Of a stretch of 64,000 nt of DNA, positions 31,089 to 40,433 are shown one piece after another. Below the pieces are notes generated by a model. That model worked only from the letters and a program-made list of their open reading frames with translations. It did no database searches and was not told where the DNA came from. Location: positions 6,988 through 70,987 of the IMG/VR virus record IMGVR_UViG_3300042343_000261; one strand, written 5' to 3'. Every line of letters begins with the position of its first letter. The stretch's first letter is position 1. The DNA comes from a virus. The translations under genes were made by a program, and so were the position numbers.

Positions 31089-32540
31089 TTATATTCCGTA
31101 AACTACTTTTGTAGGTAAAGGTGTTGTATCTACTAACCCTAATTGACCATACCCATTATCACCCCAAGTCCATAATGTTCCGTCTGTTTTAATTGCTGCT
31201 ACATAAAACATTCCAGAATAAATTTGACTCCAGTTACTTAAGGTTCCAACTTGTACTGGGCTTGATCTATTGACTTGATCAGATAACCCTAATTGACCAT
31301 ACACATTATTTCCCCAAGTCCAAAATGTTCCATCTGTTTTAATCGCTGTAGTCAGGCGATATCCGCAAGCAATTTTACTCCAGTCACTTAAAGTTCCAAC
31401 TTGTACTGGGATTGATCTAGGCGCGGTATCCGATAATCCTAATTGACCATAAAAATTATAACCACAAGTCCATAATGTTCCGTCTGTTTTAATTGCTGCT
31501 GTATGATAATACCCGCAAGAAATTTGACTCCAGTTACTTAAAGTTCCGACTTGCACTGGGCTGGATCTATTTGCGGTATCAGATAACCCTAAGTTTCCAT
31601 ACACATTCCACCCCCAAGCCCATAATGTTCCATTTGATTTAATCGATGCTGTATAATATCGCCCACAAGCAATTTTGCTCCAGTTACTTAAAGTTCCAAC
31701 TTGTACTGGGCTTGATCTATGAGTTAAATCAGATAATCCTAATGCACCAAAAAGATTTTGCCCCCAAGTCCATAATGTTCCATCTGTTTTAATTGCTGCT
31801 ACCAACTCTGATCCGCTAGCAATTTTACTCCAGTTACTTAACGTTCCAACTTGTACTGGACTTGATCTATGAGTTAAATTAGATAATCCCAATTGACCAT
31901 AAGAATTAATCCCCCACGTCCATAATGTGTTATCTGTTTTAATTGCCAATGAATGTTGAAATCCACCAGCAATTTTACTCCAGTTACTTAAAGTTCCGAC
32001 TTGTACTGGGCTTGATCTATTGGCAGTATCCGATAACCCTAATGCACCATAACCATTCCAACCCCAAGTCCATAATGTTCCGTTTGGGTTGATTGCTGCT
32101 GTATGATACAAACCTCCACTAACGATACCCCAGTTACTTAAAGTACCAACTGGTACTGGGGTGTATATGGTTGATGTAATAGCAAATGCAGTCCATGCAA
32201 GAGATTGAGGAGTATTTTCTAAAGCTCCAAAGGCTCCCCGAATATACGTTTTTGAAGTATTAGCTCTATCTGAAAATATTATTGCGCTCGGTAATACAGC
32301 AACTATATCGGCAAAATTATCTAAATCAAGTTTTGGAACATTAAATGTTCCAAAACTTGAATTAAATGCATTACCTACATTTAACGCGTAATATCCAGAA
32401 GAACTAATATTATTTTGACCAAATACAACAGTTTTTCTACTAGAAATTTTTAACGTTTCTATTGGAAAATAATTTATATCATCTGCTTTAATATATGTAT
32501 AATCTAAATCAACAGAATTTAGTTTATAATTAGAACTCAT
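31089..32540 (-). CDS. RCC1-repeat protein, 483 aa
   Basis: Unique N-terminus followed by 7 RCC1 repeats with exact 150-bp period. Confidence 0.92.
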   Translation of the reverse strand: MSSNYKLNSVDLDYTYIKADDINYFPIETLKISSRKTVVFGQNNISSSGYYALNVGNAFNSSFGTFNVPKLDLDNFADIVAVLPSAIIFSDRANTSKTYIRGAFGALENTPQSLAWTAFAITSTIYTPVPVGTLSNWGIVSGGLYHTAAINPNGTLWTWGWNGYGALGLSDTANRSSPVQVGTLSNWSKIAGGFQHSLAIKTDNTLWTWGINSYGQLGLSNLTHRSSPVQVGTLSNWSKIASGSELVAAIKTDGTLWTWGQNLFGALGLSDLTHRSSPVQVGTLSNWSKIACGRYYTASIKSNGTLWAWGWNVYGNLGLSDTANRSSPVQVGTLSNWSQISCGYYHTAAIKTDGTLWTCGYNFYGQLGLSDTAPRSIPVQVGTLSDWSKIACGYRLTTAIKTDGTFWTWGNNVYGQLGLSDQVNRSSPVQVGTLSNWSQIYSGMFYVAAIKTDGTLWTWGDNGYGQLGLVDTTPLPTKVVYGI

Positions 32541-35500
32541 TTAAATATCACTCCTGCTGAATAAGCTTTAACTTCTACTTTAACAGCAGTATTTATCGAT
32601 CCAATTCTAACTGGGCTACTTTTATTTGCTGTATCTCCTGTTCCTAATTGACCATAACCATTATAACCTAATGCCCATATACTTCCATCTGTTTTTGTAA
32701 ATAAAGTTGCATCTAAATTTGTAGAAACTGAATTCCAAGTATCTCCAGTAACTGATTTTTTTACTGGATTAGTATATTGTACAAAATCTCCTAATTGACC
32801 ATTATTATTAAAACCCCAAGTCCATAATGTTCCGTCTGTCTTACTTGCTATTGTGTGCATATATCCAGCAGAAATTTGGCTCCAGTTACTTAAAGTTCCG
32901 ACTTGCGTTGGACTTAATCTATTTGTTAAATCAGATAATCCTAATTGACCAGAACTATTCCGACCCCAAGTCCATAATGTTCCGTCTGTTTTGATTGCCG
33001 CTGTATAATATTCACGAGCAGAAACGTTACTCCAGTTACTTAAAGTTCCGACTTGTACTGGGCTTGATCTATGAGTTAAATTAGATAATCCTAATTGACC
33101 ATAACTATTATCACCCCAAGTCCATAATGTTCCGTCTGTTTTAATTGCAGTTGTGTAAGATCTCCCACAAGCAATTTTACTCCAGTTACTTAAAGTACCA
33201 ACTTGTACTGGGCTTGATCTATTGGCAGTATCTGATAATCCCAATTGACCAATATTATTATTTCCCCAAGTCCAAAATGTTCCATCTGTTTTAATTGCTG
33301 ATGTATGGCGATACCCGCAAGCAATTTGACTCCAGTCACTTAAAGTTCCAACTTGTACTGGGCTTGATCTATTGGCAGTATCTGATAATCCCAATTGACC
33401 ATTAATATTAAAACCCCAAGTCCATAATGTTCCGGCTGTTTTAATTACTGCTGTATGATAATATCCGCAAGCAATTTTACTCCAGTCACTTAAAGTTCCG
33501 ACTTGCACTGGACTCGATCTACTGTTTATATCTGATAATCCTAATGCACCATAAAAATTAGCTCCCCAAGTCCATACTGTTCCATCTGTTTTAATCGATG
33601 CTGTAGACCACCCTCCGCAAGAAATTTGGCTCCAGTTACTTAAAGTTCCGACTTGCGTTGGACCTGATCTATTTGTTAAATCAGATAACCCTAATACACC
33701 ATAACTCGCAGTATTACCCCAAGTCCATAATGTTCCGTCTGTCTTACTTGCTATTGTGTGCATATATCCAGCAGAAATTTGGCTCCAATTGGACAAAGTA
33801 CCAACTTGTACTGGGCTTGATCTATTGAATTGACCATTTGGAAAATTATTTGAATTATATCTACCAGCTTCCCATATAGCATTAGTTGTATCAACTATCC
33901 ATATATTATCATCATCCATACTAGCAGTAGATATCGATATACCGCCTATTTGTACCGGACTACTTCTATGAGTTTGATCTGATAATCCTAATTGACCGTA
34001 ATTGTTTTTACCAAATACATATCCACCATAACTTTTATCTACTAACATTGCTCCATAATCTGAACAATATACTTTAGTCCAATCGCTACGAGTTCCAATT
34101 TGAACTAAACTTGAACGATAAGTTGTATCTGATATGCCTAATTGACCATAAGAATTATTACCTACAGACCAAGCTGTACCATTAGTTTTAATTCCAACAA
34201 AATGATTTCTACCAACATCAAATGTGATCCAAGTAGATGTATAATCGCTCCAAGGTATATCATCTGACAATCCTACAGGATATATACTATTGTTTATGTC
34301 TAAACAGAAAAAATCTGTATCGCTTGAAGAAATCTGTTTAAATGTTTTAGAAGTTGTTGCTTTAACAGGTACGCTAGTGTTCGCACCATCGAATGGACGA
34401 GAAATTCCCAATTGACCAAAACTATTCAAACCCCAAGACCATAATGTTCCGGCTGTCTTGATCGATGCTGTATGATATTGCCCGCAAGCAATTTTACTCC
34501 AGTTACTTAAAGTTCCGACTTGTACTGGGCTTGATCTATTGGCAGTATCCGATAACCCTAATGCACCATAACCATTATAACCGCAAGTCCATAATGTTCC
34601 GTCTGTTTTAATCGCTGCTATATGAGAATACCCGCTAGCAACTTGACTCCAGTCACTTAACGTTCCAACTTGTACTGGGCTTGATCTACTGACTGTATCT
34701 GATAATCCTAATTGACCATAAATATTACGACCCCAAGACCATAATGTTCCGTCTGTCTTGATCGATGCTGTATGATACTGCCCGCATGCAACTTGACTCC
34801 AGCCACTTAAAGTTCCGACTTGTACTGGGCTTGATCTAGTTGCAGTATCAGATAACCCTAATTGACCGGAAGTATTTAAACCGCAAGTCCATAATGTTCC
34901 GTCTGTTTTAATCGCTGCTGTATGCCCATAACCGCAAGCAACTTGACTCCAGTCACTTAAAGTTCCAACTTGCGTTGGGCTTAATCTATTTGTTAAATCA
35001 GATAATCCTAATTGCCCAGTATTATTACGACCCCAAGACCGTAATGTTCCATTTGAATTAATCGCTGCTGTATGCCCATAACCGCAAGAAATTTGGCTCC
35101 AGTTATTTAAAGTTCCAACTTGTACTGGGCTATATCTATCTGTTTGATCAGATAATCCTAATGCACCAAAAAAATTACGACCCCAAGTCCATAATGTGTT
35201 ATCTGTTTTGATCGCTACTGTATGACGATATCCGCTAGCAACTTTACTCCAGTTACTTAAAGTTCCAACTTGTACTGGGCTTGATCTATTGGTTATATCT
35301 GATAACCCTAATCCTCCAAAAAAACTATTATATCCCCAAGTCCATAGTGTTCCGTCTGTTTTAATCGCTGCTGTATTCATATATCCAGCAGCAACTTTGC
35401 TCCAATTGGTTAAAGTACCAACTTGCATTAAAAAACTTCTATTGGCTAAATCAATAATACTTCCAGATGTATATAATTGATTTCTTTCATTTAAAAATGC

Positions 35501-35716
35501 TGTAGAGGCTCCACTACGAATTATACTAATACTAGTCCAATTGTATGCACTAGATATAACAACCGGGCTTGATCTAGCAACTGTATTTGATAATCCTAAT
35601 TGACCATAAGCATTATTACCAAACATTTGAACTCCGCCTAATGGAAGATAAAATGCATAATCTGAAATTTTTGCTAGATACTGAAATGGATCATTTCCGC
35701 CTTCTTTGAATGCCAT
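32537..35716 (-). CDS. RCC1-repeat protein, 1059 aa, multiple propellers
   Basis: Two tracts of conserved RCC1 repeats plus degenerate blades. Confidence 0.92.
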   Translation of the reverse strand: MAFKEGGNDPFQYLAKISDYAFYLPLGGVQMFGNNAYGQLGLSNTVARSSPVVISSAYNWTSISIIRSGASTAFLNERNQLYTSGSIIDLANRSFLMQVGTLTNWSKVAAGYMNTAAIKTDGTLWTWGYNSFFGGLGLSDITNRSSPVQVGTLSNWSKVASGYRHTVAIKTDNTLWTWGRNFFGALGLSDQTDRYSPVQVGTLNNWSQISCGYGHTAAINSNGTLRSWGRNNTGQLGLSDLTNRLSPTQVGTLSDWSQVACGYGHTAAIKTDGTLWTCGLNTSGQLGLSDTATRSSPVQVGTLSGWSQVACGQYHTASIKTDGTLWSWGRNIYGQLGLSDTVSRSSPVQVGTLSDWSQVASGYSHIAAIKTDGTLWTCGYNGYGALGLSDTANRSSPVQVGTLSNWSKIACGQYHTASIKTAGTLWSWGLNSFGQLGISRPFDGANTSVPVKATTSKTFKQISSSDTDFFCLDINNSIYPVGLSDDIPWSDYTSTWITFDVGRNHFVGIKTNGTAWSVGNNSYGQLGISDTTYRSSLVQIGTRSDWTKVYCSDYGAMLVDKSYGGYVFGKNNYGQLGLSDQTHRSSPVQIGGISISTASMDDDNIWIVDTTNAIWEAGRYNSNNFPNGQFNRSSPVQVGTLSNWSQISAGYMHTIASKTDGTLWTWGNTASYGVLGLSDLTNRSGPTQVGTLSNWSQISCGGWSTASIKTDGTVWTWGANFYGALGLSDINSRSSPVQVGTLSDWSKIACGYYHTAVIKTAGTLWTWGFNINGQLGLSDTANRSSPVQVGTLSDWSQIACGYRHTSAIKTDGTFWTWGNNNIGQLGLSDTANRSSPVQVGTLSNWSKIACGRSYTTAIKTDGTLWTWGDNSYGQLGLSNLTHRSSPVQVGTLSNWSNVSAREYYTAAIKTDGTLWTWGRNSSGQLGLSDLTNRLSPTQVGTLSNWSQISAGYMHTIASKTDGTLWTWGFNNNGQLGDFVQYTNPVKKSVTGDTWNSVSTNLDATLFTKTDGSIWALGYNGYGQLGTGDTANKSSPVRIGSINTAVKVEVKAYSAGVIFK

Positions 35717-36747
35717 TACTTATTCTCCAATTTTTCATTTAACTCTTTAATAGCTTCTAATAAAATTCCTATCAATGCAGTATAAGCGATAGATTTAACA
35801 CCATCAACTGTATTAACTAATTCCGGCAATACGGTTTCTAATTCTTGAGCAATTAAACCGTAACTTTTATTTCCAGTAGATTTCCAATTAAAACTTACAC
35901 CTTGCAATTTAGTTAAAATATCCAAAGAATTATCAATTTTTTGAATATTCTCTTTTAAATTTATATCAGAAGCAGTGTTAAAATTAGTTGCATATAATGT
36001 ATTATCCCCTGAAGTATAATATAAATTTCCAGTATCTACTCTAGCATCTGTCCATGTACTTGTTGAATTAGCAGAAAGACCGATATAATATGTTGTAGAT
36101 GCTGCTACACTAGATAAGGTAGCTCCACCGGATAGCGTAGACCAAGCAAATGCACTGCCAGTCCAATTTAAATATCCAGTTGATGGTGTAAGAAAACCGG
36201 TAGTGCTTGCACCTGTTTGGTATAAAATTTGATTAGCAGACCCGCCTGCGATATTAGTTGCGTTGTCACCGCCAATTGCGCCCCATACGGTACCATTGTA
36301 TCCTTCAAATTTTAATGTTGAAGTGTTAAAACGTAAATTACCCTGCGCTGGTGATGAAGGTAATGTTGATGTTGTTGGTAAAACTAATGATGATGAAAAT
36401 TTTGCAGACGATACTTGTAATCTGTTAGTTCCATCGTCAGTTCCGGTACCAATTAATACGTTACCGCCATATTGTGCTAGTTTTACTAAACCAGTATCTA
36501 ATACTTCTATACTTGGAATACCAGATACATCGTTAGCTGCAAAAATTGTACCAGTTAAACTATTAGTAACGGAAAGTAATTGTCCGGCAGATCCATCAAA
36601 ACTAAGCATACCATTTAAAGTTGGGTATGCAGTTAATGTAATATTCTGAGCTGCAGTACTTGCGTCTGCCCCAGAAAATACAATCTTAGGGTCGCCTGCT
36701 GCGCTTATATTTGGTGTAATAACTATATTTTTATCAGCTAATGCCAT
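35716..36747 (-). CDS. Tail fibre-like protein with C-terminal intramolecular chaperone (peptidase S74-like)
   Basis: SDINLKENI...L.GVSFNWK...GLIAQELE.VLPELV...Y..LI..L.EAIKEL. Confidence 0.85.
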   Translation of the reverse strand: MALADKNIVITPNISAAGDPKIVFSGADASTAAQNITLTAYPTLNGMLSFDGSAGQLLSVTNSLTGTIFAANDVSGIPSIEVLDTGLVKLAQYGGNVLIGTGTDDGTNRLQVSSAKFSSSLVLPTTSTLPSSPAQGNLRFNTSTLKFEGYNGTVWGAIGGDNATNIAGGSANQILYQTGASTTGFLTPSTGYLNWTGSAFAWSTLSGGATLSSVAASTTYYIGLSANSTSTWTDARVDTGNLYYTSGDNTLYATNFNTASDINLKENIQKIDNSLDILTKLQGVSFNWKSTGNKSYGLIAQELETVLPELVNTVDGVKSIAYTALIGILLEAIKELNEKLENK

Positions 36748-36776
36748 TATGTGTCCTTCATATTATTATGTATTTA

Positions 36777-37997
36777 TTAAATACCAAATCTGCCTCTTAG
36801 GGCATTAAAATTTTGTAATACTTCTGCTGCAGTTAGTGCGCGGTTATACATTTTTGAGTTTGCAATAGAACATTTAGGATAATAATTATAACTTCCACCG
36901 CCACTACCATTATTTCCAAATCCGCCTATAGAAATATCATTAGTCGTTCCAATTCCAGTTACTGCAGTAGCGGTCGTTGACCCTGTACCTAACGGTGCAC
37001 CATTAACATAAGGAGTAAACACATCTCCAGTTCTTACCACTACAACTTGATACCATGATCCTTGATTTATTTGTGCTCCACTTGTTGCAATTGTCCAAGA
37101 CGCACAAGCTGGTAATGTTGATAAACCATTCCAAACATAATAATACAAAGTTGTTGATGTATATTCAAACGACGTATGATAACCTCGATATCCTATAATA
37201 TTACTCATTTGTTCCGTTGCATCATATGCTGCTGGATTAATATCATTTATTTTAAACCATACTTCCCAAGTATGATTGTTATACATGAAGTTTGCAACAG
37301 TTAAATTACCAGTTGCAGTTAAGTACATATTTGGACCATATTTTGGCGTAGATGCACTTCTTGTAAACGTTATACTATCGTCGTTTACTGTAGCAAATTG
37401 ATTACGATACAGATTCATAGTATAACCGCCAACTGTATCTTTAAATGGCATTGGCGCATTAGTAGTATCATTTTCTACTTTTACACCCCAAAAATCTAAT
37501 ACATAATCAGTAGTATTATTGTCTAAAATATCAAAAAATGTTTTAGCAGTAGCAGTAGTTGTATTAGAATATGAAATGCGCACCCATTTACCAGTTACTA
37601 ATTGAGATGAATATTCTAGTGATGGGGTTACATCGTGTAAACCACTCCAAATTTGATTACTGTCTAATATCGTTCCGCTTATTTTTCTAACATAAAAACT
37701 AATAATATAAGTATCAGTTGTATTTGGAGTAAAGCTAGTAAAACTTATTCTAAGTAAGCTTTGACCAGAAGTTCTACATGACATCCTAACAGCAGTCATA
37801 CTACCATCAGGCGCATCTATACCAGTTGTTAATGTAGCATTTGCTGAGAATATATTTGACCAAGTTGATGAATTATAATTTGGATTTTGTACTAAATTTC
37901 CAGTACCTAAAGTAGAAGTAAACTTTTTAGGATTTTTAAAATCTAAATTTAACAGTAAACTATCAGTAACTATATTTGGGCTGTGTGTTAAACTCAT
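36777..37997 (-). CDS. LamG/concanavalin A-like lectin domain virion protein
   Basis: IVTDSLLLNLD N-terminus; W.QVVV...YVNG...YNRALTAAEVLQNFNALRGRFGI C-terminus. Confidence 0.8.
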   Translation of the reverse strand: MSLTHSPNIVTDSLLLNLDFKNPKKFTSTLGTGNLVQNPNYNSSTWSNIFSANATLTTGIDAPDGSMTAVRMSCRTSGQSLLRISFTSFTPNTTDTYIISFYVRKISGTILDSNQIWSGLHDVTPSLEYSSQLVTGKWVRISYSNTTTATAKTFFDILDNNTTDYVLDFWGVKVENDTTNAPMPFKDTVGGYTMNLYRNQFATVNDDSITFTRSASTPKYGPNMYLTATGNLTVANFMYNNHTWEVWFKINDINPAAYDATEQMSNIIGYRGYHTSFEYTSTTLYYYVWNGLSTLPACASWTIATSGAQINQGSWYQVVVVRTGDVFTPYVNGAPLGTGSTTATAVTGIGTTNDISIGGFGNNGSGGGSYNYYPKCSIANSKMYNRALTAAEVLQNFNALRGRFGI

Positions 37998-39205
37998 AAT
38001 CCGTACCTCGCTTTAGTTGCATAAAAAATTTGATTAAGTTCTGCAAGTGATAACTGTCTATTATAAATCATTGCCGCTCCGATACTTCCTTTAAACCATC
38101 TACCAAAGTAATCAGTAGATCCGATAGTTAAATGAGAACTTGCAAGATTTAATGGAGTAGCATAACTTGACGAACTGCCAGTTACTGAATTTATACCAGA
38201 TGAATTACCACAGTATAATGTTGTATTGTTTACAACACCGTCTCCTAATGTAGTTATTGCAACCATATTCCATTCTGCCTTATTTACAACTACTGTAGAT
38301 GGAGTGTAATCATTATTCCAATATGCAGAAGTAGCGTAAAAGGTGGATCCGCTAGTATTAATTGACAGCAATGCCCCGCCTGATGCAGATCTAGCACCGT
38401 AAGCGATTAGACCGGTATATGCATCAGCATTAACTTGTGTAGTATCTGGTTTACACCAACATATCATAGTGCGATTTGATGATCCTAATGGTAGATTTAC
38501 AGGAGTAAGTGAATAAATTGCACTACTCGTACCATTAAAACTAAACGATCCATCACTTGCAAAAGTTACATTTGATGTTAATGTAGTATTACCTGTTATA
38601 TCTAAAAATGCTTGTGTTGTAGAACGAGCACCTGATACAAATGGAGTTGCATATGACCCAGATTCTAATTGAAATCCACAAAAATCTATAACATATCCAC
38701 CGGTTGTTGCACCAGAGTGTATGATAAAAATATCTAATCCGCTGTTAGTAGCATCACCGGTTAAAGTATATCTTTTCCATGAACTTGTAAAAGTTGGATT
38801 CCAATCACCTGTTGGTGTAATATCACTTATACCAGATTTACGCCAAATTTGTGCTAGACTTAATCCAGCAGATGGAGCTGCAACTATTCTAGCATAATAT
38901 GAAAATGTATAAGTTCCGGTAGTTAAATTTGTGCCAGGTATAGTTATTGACCAATATTTGTAACCAGTTGACCCTGACGAATATCTTAACACGCCGGGAG
39001 AGTTAATTGGATTAGACACACTAGTTACATACGAATATGTGTGCGTACTTGTAGCATCGTAATTATACGATGGCATTGAAAATGCAGAACCGGTATAATT
39101 TGCATACGGATAAGTTACATAATTTGTAGTAGGAGCACCTTTATATGATTTTGCAGTATTAGACGGATCTAAATAGAATGCCAATCCATTAGTTACTATA
39201 CTCAT
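37994..39205 (-). CDS. LamG/concanavalin A-like lectin domain virion protein
   Basis: IVTNGLAFYLD...FNGTSS...FKGSIG...IYNRQLS. Confidence 0.8.
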   Translation of the reverse strand: MSIVTNGLAFYLDPSNTAKSYKGAPTTNYVTYPYANYTGSAFSMPSYNYDATSTHTYSYVTSVSNPINSPGVLRYSSGSTGYKYWSITIPGTNLTTGTYTFSYYARIVAAPSAGLSLAQIWRKSGISDITPTGDWNPTFTSSWKRYTLTGDATNSGLDIFIIHSGATTGGYVIDFCGFQLESGSYATPFVSGARSTTQAFLDITGNTTLTSNVTFASDGSFSFNGTSSAIYSLTPVNLPLGSSNRTMICWCKPDTTQVNADAYTGLIAYGARSASGGALLSINTSGSTFYATSAYWNNDYTPSTVVVNKAEWNMVAITTLGDGVVNNTTLYCGNSSGINSVTGSSSSYATPLNLASSHLTIGSTDYFGRWFKGSIGAAMIYNRQLSLAELNQIFYATKARYGL

Positions 39206-40431
39206 ATTCCGTATCTCCCTCTAATTGCATTAAAGTTTTGTTGTACTTCAGTTGCGGTTAATGCTTTATTATAAATTCTAGTTGCAGAAATTCTACCAGT
39301 AAAGTTTGTAGCAGCACTTGGTGTAGATCCTAACATACCAATGGTTGTCACTGCAGCAGTATTTGTTATAGACCCCGTAGATGAATCTGATGACACAAAT
39401 GCTCCGTTACGATACAAAGATACATTGTATCCGTCATAAGTTCCTACAATATGATGCCATGAATTAAGTGATATTACCGAACTTATAATCGTAGTGTACC
39501 CAGTACCAGTACCTGCACCTGCAACAAACCGTTCAAATGCAAAGTTTGTATCAGTAGTAGCACTACCATGGAATAATAAGTTATATCCATCTCTACCAGG
39601 TCCTGGATTGCTTTCTCTACAAATAATTCCAGGAAATCCGCCTGCACCTGGATTAGTTGTTGGATAAACCCATGCTTCAAATGAACATGGTAACACACCT
39701 AAAAACTGTAAATTTGAAACAGATGCTAAACTAATGTAATGTGATGATTCTGCGGTATAAGTTAAGTAGCCTGCTGCGCTGTAAATTGGATTATTAGTAA
39801 GTGTTCCGTTATTAGAGGTATTACTAGTGTCAGTTACTAAGACATTATTAACATTTGTATTTGGATTAAATGCAGTCATACTAGAACTACGTTCTAATTG
39901 CAATCCATCCCACCACATAGTAATACCTGTGCCGCTAGTGTCTGTGCCATCTAATCTACACTGAACATATGCAGTTGATGCATTTGAAAACGTAGAGGTG
40001 TACGATATTCTAGTCCAATTAGTAGTAACAGCTAATCCTGCTGTTCCAGCTGCAATATAACTTCCACTTGAATTTGCCTCCATTATAAAAAGTTGACAAG
40101 TTGTAGAAACACTAGCTTTAACCCAAACACTAACTGTCCAAGTTTGTCCATTTGCTGCTGGCGCCATATTCCAAGTTGATGTATTGTAGGTTGGAATGTA
40201 TGGATCATTACCTGTAATTACCATCTTTAATGGTCTATTTAAATTACCAACTGGAGATCTAGTTGTAGTATCAACTGATAGAGTACAGTTGTAACCAGTA
40301 GGAGTATTAATCCAAGAATATAAATCTAGTGGTTTTGGATGTACATTTGGACTATAACTTTTTTGGTTTGCAATATCAAAATTACAAACCAACCCGTTAG
40401 TAACAATTTGTGGATTATAACTAACTCCCAT
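39202..40431 (-). CDS. LamG/concanavalin A-like lectin domain virion protein with a CBM-like insert
   Basis: IVTNGL; WHHIVGTYDG..V.LY.NG; RIYNKALTATEVQQNFNAIRGRYGI. Confidence 0.82.
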   Translation of the reverse strand: MGVSYNPQIVTNGLVCNFDIANQKSYSPNVHPKPLDLYSWINTPTGYNCTLSVDTTTRSPVGNLNRPLKMVITGNDPYIPTYNTSTWNMAPAANGQTWTVSVWVKASVSTTCQLFIMEANSSGSYIAAGTAGLAVTTNWTRISYTSTFSNASTAYVQCRLDGTDTSGTGITMWWDGLQLERSSSMTAFNPNTNVNNVLVTDTSNTSNNGTLTNNPIYSAAGYLTYTAESSHYISLASVSNLQFLGVLPCSFEAWVYPTTNPGAGGFPGIICRESNPGPGRDGYNLLFHGSATTDTNFAFERFVAGAGTGTGYTTIISSVISLNSWHHIVGTYDGYNVSLYRNGAFVSSDSSTGSITNTAAVTTIGMLGSTPSAATNFTGRISATRIYNKALTATEVQQNFNAIRGRYGI

Positions 40432-40433
40432 AA

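Larger units (their letters stand above)
27060..35620. repeat. Array of several dozen ~150-bp coding repeats spanning four genes
   Basis: Recurring CAGTTACTTAAAGTTCC...CCCCAAGTCCATAATGTTCCGTCTGT-like core, e.g. at 31531, 31681, 31831, 31981. Confidence 0.95.

Noticed and set aside
27031-35716. Diversity-generating retroelement TR/VR pairs among the RCC1 repeats
   Set aside because: No reverse transcriptase in the window, all repeats are in-frame coding, and differences are not restricted to adenines. A remote DGR cannot be fully excluded.
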